A DNA stretch of 64,000 bases from an uncultured virus (IMG/VR IMGVR_UViG_3300044858_002734) (IMGVR_UViG_3300044858_002734); one strand, 5' to 3'; counted from the first letter of the stretch, positions 1 through 9,597 are shown. The notes: generated by a model not told the origin, from the letters alone. Numbers and translations are program-made.

Positions 1-421
1 CGGTATTACTGTCCCCGGTATTACTGTCCCCGGTATTCCTGTCCCCGGTATTACAGTCCCCGGTATTCCTGTCCCCGGTATTACAGTGCCCGGTATTCCT
101 GTGCCCGGTATTACTGTCCCCGGTATTACTGCCCCCGGTATTACTGTGCCCGGTATTACTGTGCCCGGTATTCCTGTGCCCGGTATTACAGTGCCCGGTA
201 TTACTGTACCCGGTATTACTGTTCCCGGTATTACTGTACCCGGTATTACTGTCCCCGGTATTCCTGTGCCCGGTATTACTGTCCCCGGTATTCCTGTGCC
301 CGGTATTACAGTGCCCGGTATTACTGTTCCCGGTATTACTGTACCCGGTATTACTGTCCCCGGTATTCCTGTGCCCGGTATTACAGTGCCCGGTATTACT
401 GTTCCCGGTATTACTGTACCC
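1..421. repeat. 15-bp tandem repeat, about 28 units (CCCGGTATTACTGTN)
   Basis: Directly visible; encodes the xxNTG repeats on the minus strand. Confidence 0.97.
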
Positions 422-700
422 GTCTATTTTAATCTCTTCAAGAAACTTGATTGTTCTGCAGACCCGTTTGATACAGGCACCAACAGTTTCATCCTTCTCA
501 GGGGATACATCTTCACACTCAACCTTAAACACCCTTGTACCAGTGGCGTTATAGTGTTCCCATACGCCAGAGGGCTGTTCACAGAAGTGAAAACCACTAT
601 TACAGAGTCTCAAATCACCAGTATGCGTATAGGTTTTGCCTAACTCGAACTGGAATCCACGACACTGCATATTCGCGTCAGTTGCTTTATACCCGATCAT
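1..700 (-). CDS. Pentapeptide (xxNTG) repeat protein with N-terminal GYK..CRGFQFELGK..GFHFC domain; runs off the left edge
   Basis: Hand translation from ATG 700 (RBS GGAGG upstream): MIGYKATDANMQCRGFQFELGKTY...GFHFCE...IDGYSNTGNSNTGHCNTGHRNTG. Absent from the ORF track because no stop lies inside the window. Confidence 0.85.
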   Translation of the reverse strand, partial: MIGYKATDANMQCRGFQFELGKTYTHTGDLRLCNSGFHFCEQPSGVWEHYNATGTRVFKVECEDVSPEKDETVGACIKRVCRTIKFLEEIKIDGYSNTGNSNTGHCNTGHRNTGDSNTGYSNTGNSNTGHCNTGHRNTGDSNTGHRNTGDSNTGYSNTGNSNTGYSNTGHCNTGHRNTGHSNTGHSNTGGSNTGDSNTGHRNTGHCNTGDRNTGDCNTGDRNTGDSNTGDSNT

Positions 701-966
701 ACATTCCTCCTTCTCACATGAAGTAACACAGAAAGTCTAGCACCAGTAATGATGCAGCGAGTAGAATCACTGCCCCAAGTACTGCTACATACCATGCCCG
801 TTCATCGTCCAAATACAGTTTCACTTGTCACCCCGCAGCATCAGGGAAGCAGTAATTTCTGCATCCACAATGTCATCTGTGAAGTAATCCTGTTCAGCCA
901 CAGGGCAACCATCAACATACAGGCGTACTCTGTACTCCTGTCCTACTTTTTTAATTCGTGTCATTC

Positions 967-1410
967 TCATGGCGCAACCTCCTGTGCCATTGCATACGCC
1001 CCTGCCCAGTAAGCATGTCCTTCAGGGGTATCTGCCCATGTAAACCCACAGCTTATAGCGGAAGCTATATTATCAGTCATAACTGCCATGTTACGGGATA
1101 CAAGACTCCGCAGCAATCTACGGCGCAGATCACCCTGCTTAACGCCCTCAAACCATTCCCTGACTTGTTTCTCTTTAGCAGGGATAGCAGTTACAGAAAT
1201 AATGTCCAGTAAATCCACGCAGTTGTTTGTAAACAGCCCTGTATCAGTATAGTGAAACGTAAGGATGCTGCCACTTTCCATCTGTACCCGGATAACATGA
1301 GGGTAGCGATAATAATTCTTATCAACAATCCGCTCAACGTAAACTCCTCGTTTACCATCTCTGGTAGTAACTTGGTCACCCTCTTTACAGTTATTCAAGT
1401 TGATAATCAT
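967..1410 (-). CDS. Hypothetical two-module protein
   Basis: N-terminus MIINLNNC..TRDG is shared with 2115-2684; C-terminus F.W.DT.EGH.YW is shared with 51865-52612. Confidence 0.75.
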   Translation of the reverse strand: MIINLNNCKEGDQVTTRDGKRGVYVERIVDKNYYRYPHVIRVQMESGSILTFHYTDTGLFTNNCVDLLDIISVTAIPAKEKQVREWFEGVKQGDLRRRLLRSLVSRNMAVMTDNIASAISCGFTWADTPEGHAYWAGAYAMAQEVAP

Positions 1411-1716
1411 AACCTGCACTCCTTTCAGACTTCCACTCTCCACAGCGTTTTACCTGCTGTTCCCCAAGCTAGTACACAGGGCCACCCATGTACTGTTACA
1501 ACCTCAAGACTGTACCCAAACAGCCTTACACTAAACCCACCAATGTCAGCGCGTTTCATAGTTCCCCTATCTCCTTCCAGCGGCAGCTTCTGATCCCAAA
1601 TGACCTGCCACTAAGTAGGTAAATACCTCTACCAAGATACTCACATACAGTCCATGTATCCCAGTTACCCCAGACAACAGTATCAAATACCCTGCTAATT
1701 CGCTTTTGCTGGTTAC

Positions 1717-1914
1717 TCATCCTGCACCTACTAACTCACCGTCCCGGTGCTGTACAATCGGATGTTTCATAATGTCACTGGGACACATATCAGGCGGGAA
1801 CAAGACACAATACCCTGTTTCAGGCCAGAATATCCAGCCGCCTGTCCCGTTATTATACCTGTATGCCTTTGCAGCGGTAACAGTTCCAAACTCTAACAGT
1901 GTTCGCATACTCAC
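1717..1914 (-). CDS. Hypothetical protein
   Basis: ORF in a tightly packed leftward array. Confidence 0.55.
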   Translation of the reverse strand: MSMRTLLEFGTVTAAKAYRYNNGTGGWIFWPETGYCVLFPPDMCPSDIMKHPIVQHRDGELVGAG

Positions 1915-1923
1915 ATCCTTTCA

Positions 1924-2118
1924 TCAGCCGCAAACGCAGCCATCTTTGCGTGTAGCAAACTGCTCGTCAGTAGCTGTAATCTCATAAAACTCATAAGTTT
2001 CACGTTCCCACCACTGGCTTACACACAGGGGAACGTAGTACCAACCACGTAATTCTGTATGCTGAAACGCCTCCCTCACGTTTTGGTTTCGCCAGTAAAC
2101 TATCTTTCGCATACTCAA
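1924..2118 (-). CDS. Hypothetical protein
   Basis: ORF in a tightly packed leftward array. Confidence 0.55.
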   Translation of the reverse strand: MSMRKIVYWRNQNVREAFQHTELRGWYYVPLCVSQWWERETYEFYEITATDEQFATRKDGCVCG

Positions 2119-2684
2119 GCCTCCGGTACGTCACCAATGCAGGAATTAACCTCAGCAGGGTGGCTGTTAATCAGGTTGGCAACCACCCGTATCAGGTCAG
2201 CCCCATGATACCGGAGTGTAGCTGTGCCAATGTCCTCCGCCAGATAACCTATAGACCGGCTATCTGACATCTTAGCCCAGTAACCGTTTTTGTGATCATC
2301 CCTGCCCCAAGGGGAACAGGGCATGTGATGGCAGTCATAACCAGCATCAAGATGGCAGTTACGACAGCAGCTACCCATCTCAGCATCCCTAAACTTCAAC
2401 TGCGTACCATCATCCAGTACACAGGTCTGCTGATCCTTGCTGATACTTGCAACACCCTTATTAAGCAGGGTCACAATATCAGTATCACAGGGCTTTTCCC
2501 CAAGTTGGAACATGCCCTCATCCGTGAATGTCAGTTGCATACTGTCACCATCATTCTCAGTAATCTCAACCCTATGCGGGAATCTGTCATTCGCCTTGCT
2601 CAAACGATCCAGATAAACCCCACTACGCCCATCTCTGGTAATAACCTTATCACCAGCAACACAGTTGTTCAGATTAATCTTCAT
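2115..2684 (-). CDS. Hypothetical protein, paralog of 967-1410 with a Cys-rich C-terminal module
   Basis: MKINLNNCVAGDKVITRDG; CCRNC..C...C motif. Confidence 0.75.
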   Translation of the reverse strand: MKINLNNCVAGDKVITRDGRSGVYLDRLSKANDRFPHRVEITENDGDSMQLTFTDEGMFQLGEKPCDTDIVTLLNKGVASISKDQQTCVLDDGTQLKFRDAEMGSCCRNCHLDAGYDCHHMPCSPWGRDDHKNGYWAKMSDSRSIGYLAEDIGTATLRYHGADLIRVVANLINSHPAEVNSCIGDVPEA

Positions 2685-2689
2685 AGCAG

Positions 2690-2968
2690 TTATCCTTTCT
2701 TTGATAACACTTCGATCTGTGAAAGAATCTCCTCAACCTCATCAGGTGTCAGATACCCGATAACATCACCAGTGATAGGGGTGCTGTAATCAATCACACA
2801 GTCGCTATTGTCGGCACCTGTGAACCGCAGAACAGCAAGTTCCCACAATCCCTCATCCCCACCATAACTGAACTGGTGTTTAATTACAGAAGCCCCATAG
2901 CCATTGCTAAACCTATAGACCTTCCGCAGACCACCACACCTAGACTCTTCAAACACAGGCTTTTTCAT
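2690..2968 (-). CDS. Conserved small phage protein
   Basis: FSNGYGASV..SYGG.EGL.ELAVL pattern, common in phage hypotheticals. Confidence 0.75.
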   Translation of the reverse strand: MKKPVFEESRCGGLRKVYRFSNGYGASVIKHQFSYGGDEGLWELAVLRFTGADNSDCVIDYSTPITGDVIGYLTPDEVEEILSQIEVLSKKG

Positions 2969-3062
2969 ACTTTCTTTCCCTCATCATCATCAATCAGGGG
3001 ACACCCACACAGGCACCACCCTACAAAACCGGAAAGCAGATACCATAACCCAGATACCTTGT

Positions 3063-3275
3063 TCATACTGACCTCACTTTATCATTCGATGTAATCACAT
3101 ACCACCCAGACTCCTTGCAGGCAAACTTGGTAGGGTTCTGAAACCATGCTTCAATATCACCCTCATCCAAATCCCACTGCATCAATTCAAAGCGAACAAG
3201 ATCAGGACTAATCTGTCGCTGTATCTTACCGCCTTCCGCAGGATTCCTGCCCTCAGTCATGTAAAAGTAATTCAT
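3063..3275 (-). CDS. Hypothetical protein
   Basis: ORF with GGAGG RBS. Confidence 0.6.
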   Translation of the reverse strand: MNYFYMTEGRNPAEGGKIQRQISPDLVRFELMQWDLDEGDIEAWFQNPTKFACKESGWYVITSNDKVRSV

Positions 3276-3447
3276 ACAGACCTCCGCTTGACCAAACTAC
3301 CCCAGTTCACCTTAACCAGATTGGTAAGCCCATACCGCCTATTCAGTTCAGTGTCTATCTCATGGACTGAATACGGGCCAGCACCATGTAATGCGTGCTT
3401 TCGCAGGGCTACCAGTTCATGTCGCAGGTAACTGGTTATAGGGATTC

Positions 3448-3642
3448 TCATACTACTCCTATCAGGGCATCCACCAGCACCGTAACAGTTGTTTCAATAC
3501 TGACAATGCGGAGTGTACACCCTACATAGTCAGCCTTATTAGCATCCCAGTAATGCAGGACTTCTTCAAGGGTTTCCCCTTCATAATCCGCATACCAGTT
3601 ACCACTACGACTTTTAACCTGTAATACGTACTTCATACTCAT
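3448..3642 (-). CDS. Hypothetical protein, tandem paralog of 3692-3865
   Basis: MKYVLQ...YWD.N...G...RIV.ETTV. Confidence 0.65.
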   Translation of the reverse strand: MSMKYVLQVKSRSGNWYADYEGETLEEVLHYWDANKADYVGCTLRIVSIETTVTVLVDALIGVV

Positions 3643-3691
3643 CACACTTTCAGGGATATCCCAATTCAGCAGGGATTCCATTTTACAGGGG

Positions 3692-3865
3692 CTACTGTAT
3701 CTCAGCCAACACAGTCGTTTCAACTTTAACAATGCGGACACTCATCCCAATAAACTCCTCTGGGTTACAATCCCAGTACCCATACACCTCATCGTAATTG
3801 TCTGCCTCATGCCCCAGAAACCAGCACTTACAACCACGAAACTTGTACTGCAGTTGATACTTCAT
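3692..3865 (-). CDS. Hypothetical protein, tandem paralog of 3448-3642
   Basis: MKYQLQ...YWDCN...G...RIVKVETTV; AGGAG RBS. Confidence 0.65.
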   Translation of the reverse strand: MKYQLQYKFRGCKCWFLGHEADNYDEVYGYWDCNPEEFIGMSVRIVKVETTVLAEIQ

Positions 3866-4245
3866 AAGCCTACTCCTACGCCCTAACCAGTACCCATCCC
3901 TTACCCTGCACAGGGTAATCACCAGCATCAATAGCCTCCCGATCCCGCCTAGCCTCCAGCCAACGGCTAAATGCCCTAGGCTCAGATACCGGGTCAGGCC
4001 CACCATAACGAGCAGCTAACTCTATCTGCCATGCTTCAGGATAATCCATAACAACCTCCCTACTTTAACCACAGAACCACTAACCATCACATGGAAAACC
4101 TGCACTACCAAATCCTCTATGTGATATTTAATGTCTAGTACATCAGTAGACTATAACTCATAAACAAGTAGTAGTTATACTACTGCGCCAAAATGTCACA
4201 CCAGACCAACTGTGACAAAATGACACACCTCAGCATGACGGCATG

Positions 4246-4277
4246 AAAAACAAGGTAGGTGGTCGTCCCTACCTTGT
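4246..4277 (-). terminator. Rho-independent terminator after 4298-4954
   Basis: ACAAGGTAGG/CCTACCTTGT 10-bp stem followed by a T-run on the minus strand. Confidence 0.75.
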
Positions 4278-4297
4278 CTCAGGGTTATGCTATACCC

Positions 4298-4954
4298 TTA
4301 CACTACCGTGACAACACCCTCCTCACTGATGGTCAAGGTAATGGCCTTGCCACCGACCTTGTCATTCGCCAACAGAAGCCCCTTGATCGCTTCAAGGGTA
4401 GCCGTGCGCTTGCGCACGTTAGCCTGCCGTGTCGCGTCTTCCAACAGGGCCGCCGCATGTGCCGTCAGTTTGGCATTGATAGCGTCAAGCAGGGGCTTGA
4501 TCGCCGGGTTATCCTTCAACACCGCCAAAGCCGCCGCTTGTGCTTTTAAGGCGTCCAATTCCAGGGGGGCAAGGATAAGCGCGGATTTGACCCGCGCATG
4601 GCCAACGCCCGGCACAAACGGATTTGCAGCGAGCCACTCGTCACTTTTCTTCACCCACCCGGTGGTGGTCTTGTCCCAAGCGTGGGCAATCTCGCTCACC
4701 ATGTAAACACACACCTTGCCATTGCCCTTGATCGCAGCGATCTGCTTGTTCACTTGTGCCGGGTTTTCGCATTCATTGAACGCGCCCGTCGCCATACCCG
4801 CATCGAATATTTCCCGGTATGTGCGAACGTCCACCAGCTTCTGCTGCTGGTCAATCTCTACTTTCCCGGTGTTTTCGCTTTCGATGGTGTGCTCAGGTAT
4901 CGTACCTGTTGCCGTGTTGGGGATAAGTTTATCCCCCTTGTTCTGCTTGCTCAT
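4298..4954 (-). CDS. Hypothetical protein, first gene of the leftward (early) arm
   Basis: 218-aa ORF, AAAGGA RBS, own promoter and terminator, higher GC than neighbours. Confidence 0.75.
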   Translation of the reverse strand: MSKQNKGDKLIPNTATGTIPEHTIESENTGKVEIDQQQKLVDVRTYREIFDAGMATGAFNECENPAQVNKQIAAIKGNGKVCVYMVSEIAHAWDKTTTGWVKKSDEWLAANPFVPGVGHARVKSALILAPLELDALKAQAAALAVLKDNPAIKPLLDAINAKLTAHAAALLEDATRQANVRKRTATLEAIKGLLLANDKVGGKAITLTISEEGVVTVV

Positions 4955-5021
4955 GTTGTATCCTTTCGCAGGTTGACCTGCTTGTGTTGCCGCCCGGTGT
5001 GGGCCGCTTGTGCCATAGTAT

Positions 5022-5038
5022 AAGCAAAGCTTGTGCCA
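5022..5038 (-). promoter_or_regulatory. sigma54 (-24/-12) promoter upstream of gene 4954
   Basis: Minus strand TGGCACAAGCTTTGCTT, GG-N10-GC spacing. Confidence 0.7.
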
Positions 5039-5108
5039 ACGTGCGAAAGTATTGGATAAATCGTGAATTGCTTAGCGTTTCCGTGTACCAGGTACGAATA
5101 CGGTAGTT

Positions 5109-5124
5109 TGGCACGATACCTGCT
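5109..5124 (+). promoter_or_regulatory. sigma54-like site
   Basis: TGGCACGATACCTGCT, GG-N10-GC spacing. Confidence 0.55.
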
Positions 5125-5163
5125 TACTGTGACACGTCACACCCTAATATGTCCATAAAGTTA

Positions 5164-5188
5164 TAACTTGTTGATTATCAAGCATTTA
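5164..5188. promoter_or_regulatory. Two back-to-back IHF consensus sites
   Basis: AATCAACAAGTTA (minus, 5164-5176) and TATCAAGCATTTA (plus, 5176-5188) both match WATCAANNNNTTR. Confidence 0.6.
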
Positions 5189-5240
5189 CATTGCGCCATA
5201 ATGTCACACCCTAGCTTGTCACACTGTCACAGTAGCATGT

Positions 5241-5256
5241 AGCAAGTATCGTGCCA
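5241..5256 (-). promoter_or_regulatory. sigma54 (-24/-12) promoter
   Basis: Minus strand TGGCACGATACTTGCT matches TGGCACG-N4-TTGCW exactly. Confidence 0.7.
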
Positions 5257-5506
5257 ACATTACATGCGACTTGTGAACAGTTACATTTATGTCTGTTGAT
5301 AACATGTTTACAAGTGGCGTTTATAGCGTAACTCGTTACATTTCAACATGTTATGATGGATACAATTATGTAATGCGAAATGACGGAATGCTACACTATT
5401 GTACCTGTTAATAAGCTGTTAATAACTTATACGCTGCCTGCGCGCGTGCGTGGAGGCGTCGGTATCCCCAAAAATATAAAAGACAAAATCCCAGATAATT
5501 AGGAAT

Positions 5507-5622
5507 AATGTATAATTTAGTTATACTGGATAGTTTATGGCCTGTGCCTTTCGCCTACTACCTGATACCACCATAATGTAACCATACCGGATAGCTAGTC
5601 AATGTATAATTTAGTTATACTG
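5507..5622. repeat. 22-bp direct repeat AATGTATAATTTAGTTATACTG (5507-5528 and 5601-5622)
   Basis: Two identical copies, each with dyad GTATAA-N5-TTATAC. Confidence 0.85.
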
Positions 5623-6171
5623 TATATATAGTACACTAAACATAGAGTATAGCATGTACTGAAAACAGCAATGATTCATTGAATGCAAACATGACCTGTC
5701 CACATGTACGAAACTAGGTTTTGGATAGATAGTGGAAGTAAAGTATCCGGTGTAATGATTCATTGGGTGAAACCTTACCTGTAGTACATATAGGAAACTG
5801 GTGTGACATTTTGGCACAGTAGTACAAATGTAGAAATAAGTTATAATGTATACTGTGGTTATATGGACATAATGGCCTGATTAATGTCCGGTTAGGGCAC
5901 ATGTAGATAAAATGTATAATCAATTAACTCCGGTTTGGTGTAGGACTGGGGATAGTTGACTGTATATGTTACTACACGGTAGATAATACTGGGATACGGT
6001 GAATATTTACTGGTATAAGGTACTTTATAGGTGGGAATGTAGAATAAAGTAGTGAATATTACCGATATGGTAGTAAAGTAGTGGGATAAGGGCGTAAACG
6101 GGTGATAATACCACTACGGTAACATTTAGGCTGCCGCTGATGGGCATAGGTGGGCGTTTAGGCGTATGGGA

Positions 6172-6930
6172 CTATGGGCTAGATACGCGGAAGAACCTTC
6201 CTGTAACAACCTCCGCATTAATAGGTGGGGTTGCATAGATAGAGTTCTTTACTGGTAGCCAATCATTAAAGTTATATGAATCCCATAAAGTATAAATCGC
6301 TCCTGTAATACTGGGCCAGAAAACTTCCACATGATGGTCAATCACTCTGATGCCAACAGAAAAAGGCAGGACAATTACAGGATTTGTTACAACGCCATCT
6401 GGAATGTCAAACATACCATAATTCAACATATTGGATGCCTGTGCATCTGTCACAATTAATAATTCAACATGAGGAACGCTGTTACTGTATGGTCTGCCCC
6501 ATGGTTTGAAATTCCCTGTCCCAAGACCAAGCTGATTGGGTAGGAATGTCGGCAAACGAGGAATAGCCATCCCGTAAACCAAAGGAACAGGTACACAGTT
6601 TGGATCGCCAAAATACCAAGCATCAAATGTGTTGACTGGACTTCTACCGTTACCAAACCAACACCAGTTGTTACCACCAACCTGCTTCCACTGCCTGTTA
6701 GCCACCAAAGGCCCACCTGTAATATACGATGTATCTGCAGGTAGATAGTAGCCCTCAACAGCCTTGCAAGCCTCAGCGGAGATAGTTATAACAGACCCAT
6801 CATACTTGCGCCATCTATCTTGCCATATAGCAACTGGAACATCCCACGGGCCAGAAACATATAAACACTCAACCCCTGAAGCAACGGAGGCAAAGCATAT
6901 ACTTAACATGATTACTTTAAATATAGGCAT
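6172..6930 (-). CDS. Exported protein with signal peptide and PVC-type C-terminal domain
   Basis: MPIFKVIMLSICFASVASG; C-terminus VFWPSITGAIYTLWDS.NF.DW...ATPPIN...RFFRV. Confidence 0.7.
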   Translation of the reverse strand: MPIFKVIMLSICFASVASGVECLYVSGPWDVPVAIWQDRWRKYDGSVITISAEACKAVEGYYLPADTSYITGGPLVANRQWKQVGGNNWCWFGNGRSPVNTFDAWYFGDPNCVPVPLVYGMAIPRLPTFLPNQLGLGTGNFKPWGRPYSNSVPHVELLIVTDAQASNMLNYGMFDIPDGVVTNPVIVLPFSVGIRVIDHHVEVFWPSITGAIYTLWDSYNFNDWLPVKNSIYATPPINAEVVTGRFFRVSSP

Positions 6931-7479
6931 AACTGCTTTCTGTGTTGGTTGCTGAACTGTAGGAATCAACTATTATTTATATAGTACATACCAAATGTAA
7001 GATTATACTTATAGTCTATATACATGATTCCTGAATAAAGAATGGCATAATTTTGGGCTGATATAAATAAGGGTACTATTATCTGACATCCTTCTTCATA
7101 TCCTATCTCCTTAGGTCTTATTCCTTGGGTCTTGTCCTGTTCTTTCCCATTGGTGGTCTGGATAGTGAGGCCTTAGGTAGCTCACAAAAGGAAAAAGACG
7201 GAAAAGAAAACCCATCAAAAGAAAAGCGAGAAAAAGGAAAAACGGCCCCACGCGTATAATTATAACAAAAGTTAGCATACTTGGCAAGTACATAAAGCGA
7301 TAATTGAAAATAGTTAAATCGTTGATACACAAGGGTTTATGATGTACTCAAAATTTCTCTTGACAAAAACTGCGTAACTTGGTGGTCTGTTGGGTAGGTA
7401 CTTGCCATATAACGGTAAGTGTGTTACTATACCTTCAATGCAAGCCCTGTAATGTGCGGGGTATAACTTAGGAGTCAGT

Positions 7480-7662
7480 ATGTCCATGCTTATTAAGTTT
7501 GCGCTTGTGTGCGCAGTGGCGTGCCTGTGTGGGTGCGCTGGGCAAGGTGTTACAGTCACTGTGCCAAAAACTGGAACTGTTACAGTAGTGGATGGTAAGA
7601 TTACTTCCGGCGAGGTCATTGTTGATGGGGTAGTTGTTTCTGTTGCACCTCCGGTTCAGTAA
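7480..7662 (+). CDS. Small lipoprotein
   Basis: Hydrophobic N-terminus with LCGC lipobox; AGGAG RBS. Confidence 0.65.
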   Translation: MSMLIKFALVCAVACLCGCAGQGVTVTVPKTGTVTVVDGKITSGEVIVDGVVVSVAPPVQ

Positions 7663-7717
7663 GTTGATCTGGATAGGTACGGAGGATTACACCTTCGTAC
7701 CTGTCAACAGGAGCTAT

Positions 7718-8170
7718 ATGGCAAATGAAATAGTAGTATGGGGGCGTGGCCCTTTACGGCGTGCGGTTAGTTTAGACAAGTTGGCTGAATCCTTTGAGGA
7801 GTTCGGCAATGATGGATTGTCCCTGAGAGAAATCAGTGATCGCATGGGTACTGATGCAGGACGGATTACTCGCAAGTACCCTGAATTGAAGTCCGCATAC
7901 CAACGGGGCATAGATGGCCGTACAATAGACGTAGAAGCCATGCTGATGAAAAGGGCATTAGGTTATAAGGGTACTACCAAAAGCGTCACTAGAAGGCTAA
8001 TGGGGGGCGTAGAAGTAGAAGTAGTAGAAAAGGTAGAGGACGTAGACATACTACCGGATGTGGGGGCAATGCGGTTGCTACTTAAAGGACGTACTAAGCG
8101 GTATAGTGGGGATGAGGACATGAAGGTAGGAGTGATTGTCAACTTGACGGCGCAAGATAGTAGGCTATGA
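7718..8170 (+). CDS. terS: Terminase small subunit
   Basis: HTH-like segment, VEA.L.KRALGY and PDVGA motifs; directly upstream of terL; AGGAG RBS. Confidence 0.75.
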   Translation: MANEIVVWGRGPLRRAVSLDKLAESFEEFGNDGLSLREISDRMGTDAGRITRKYPELKSAYQRGIDGRTIDVEAMLMKRALGYKGTTKSVTRRLMGGVEVEVVEKVEDVDILPDVGAMRLLLKGRTKRYSGDEDMKVGVIVNLTAQDSRL

Positions 8171-8260
8171 AAATGTTTGATACATTTATTTTGGGCATTG
8201 CAGGTCTGTTCTTCCTCTTTGGTGTAGTACTGCTTGTAGTTTGCTCACTTTGATACTCTT

Positions 8261-9544
8261 ATGGATAATACAGAAATAGTACAGTTATTCAAAAAGACAG
8301 TAAAGCAGGAAGAGGCTGTAGAGTTACTGGGAAATCCTGCTGTAATAAATGTACTGCTAGCCGGTGGGAGCAGAAGTGGAAAAACCTTTATTCTCTGCTA
8401 TGCCCTGTTTGTACGTGCGCTGAAAGCACCGAATAGCAGACACCTTATACTGCGTTTACGATTTAACCACGCGAAACAGTCTTTAGCTCTGGATACTATT
8501 CCCAAGATGCTGCGCCTGTGTTTCCCGAATGTAGATATCAAACTCAGTAAGGTGGACTGGTATTATACTCTGCCTAATGGGGCTGAGGTATGGATTGGTG
8601 GCTTGGATGATGGTGACCGGATTGAGAAGATTCTGGGACGTGAGTTTAATACTATCTACTTTAATGAAGCCAGCCAGCTAGACTGGAAATCTATTGGCAC
8701 AGTTAAAACTCGTTTAGCCCTTAAACATCCGGCACTAGTAAACAAACTGTACTTTGACTGTAACCCACCTAACAAACGGCATTGGTTATATAAAATCTGG
8801 ATTGAGGGTAAGAATCCTGATAATGAGAACGTACCATTAGTAGACAAAGCCTCATACGGCTATCTGCGGATGAACCCCAGTGACAATACAGCTAACTTAG
8901 CCGATAACTACATATCTACTATATTGGATGGATTAAGCGAACGTGACCGTAAACGGTTCAGGGATGGTGAATTTACTGATGATGCAGAAGGTGCATTGTT
9001 CAAATGGGAAGATTTATGCAAGTATCGGGTAGCAAAAGCACCTGATTTACTCCGTGTTGTTATCGGTATTGACCCTGCAGTGACTAGTAATGATGGTTCT
9101 AACAATACAGGTATAGTAGCGGTAGGCGTTGCCAAACTAGGTAAAGAAGACCACTATTATGTATTGGGCGACTATACTATGTCCGGTACGCCGTTTATGT
9201 GGGCAAAAGCAGCTATAGATGCCTATGATGCAACGGAAGCAGACAAGATAATTGCTGAAATTAACCAAGGCGGTGACCTAGTAGAGCATAACTTACGTAC
9301 CCTGCGACCACTAATACCGTATGAGTCAGTACGTGCTACCCGTGGTAAGGCTATACGTGCTGAACCTGTTGCTACTGTATGCGAAAAAGGTAGATTGCAC
9401 ATGGTAGGCGAGTGGCCTGAACTGGAAAATGAACTAACAAGTTGGGCACCTGCATCCGGCGAGCCGTCACCCGACAGACTAGACGCTATGGTGTGGGCTG
9501 TACGTGCCTGCATGGGTGCAAACAAACGCATCGGTACATGGTGA
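8261..9544 (+). CDS. terL: Terminase large subunit
   Basis: Walker A GGSRSGKT, Walker B YFNEA, DCNP, nuclease IGIDPA and PDRLDA. Confidence 0.95.
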   Translation: MDNTEIVQLFKKTVKQEEAVELLGNPAVINVLLAGGSRSGKTFILCYALFVRALKAPNSRHLILRLRFNHAKQSLALDTIPKMLRLCFPNVDIKLSKVDWYYTLPNGAEVWIGGLDDGDRIEKILGREFNTIYFNEASQLDWKSIGTVKTRLALKHPALVNKLYFDCNPPNKRHWLYKIWIEGKNPDNENVPLVDKASYGYLRMNPSDNTANLADNYISTILDGLSERDRKRFRDGEFTDDAEGALFKWEDLCKYRVAKAPDLLRVVIGIDPAVTSNDGSNNTGIVAVGVAKLGKEDHYYVLGDYTMSGTPFMWAKAAIDAYDATEADKIIAEINQGGDLVEHNLRTLRPLIPYESVRATRGKAIRAEPVATVCEKGRLHMVGEWPELENELTSWAPASGEPSPDRLDAMVWAVRACMGANKRIGTW

Positions 9545-9545
9545 C

Positions 9546-9574
9546 TTGACAGATTACTTAATAATTAGTATAGT
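9546..9574 (+). promoter_or_regulatory. sigma70-type promoter for portal
   Basis: TTGACA-17-TATAGT. Confidence 0.7.
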
Positions 9575-9597
9575 GAATTAACACTTTAAGGATAACT

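Noticed and set aside
1..421. CRISPR array or DGR variable region
   Set aside because: No spacers; adenines in AAT/ACC are invariant; no reverse transcriptase or template repeat seen
86..643. Plus-strand PGITV-repeat ORF
   Set aside because: Shadow of the minus-strand xxNTG gene, which has an RBS, a recognisable N-domain and matches local gene orientation
7111..7619. Short minus-strand ORFs before terS
   Set aside because: Low-complexity or antisense to the lipoprotein gene; no RBS or motif support
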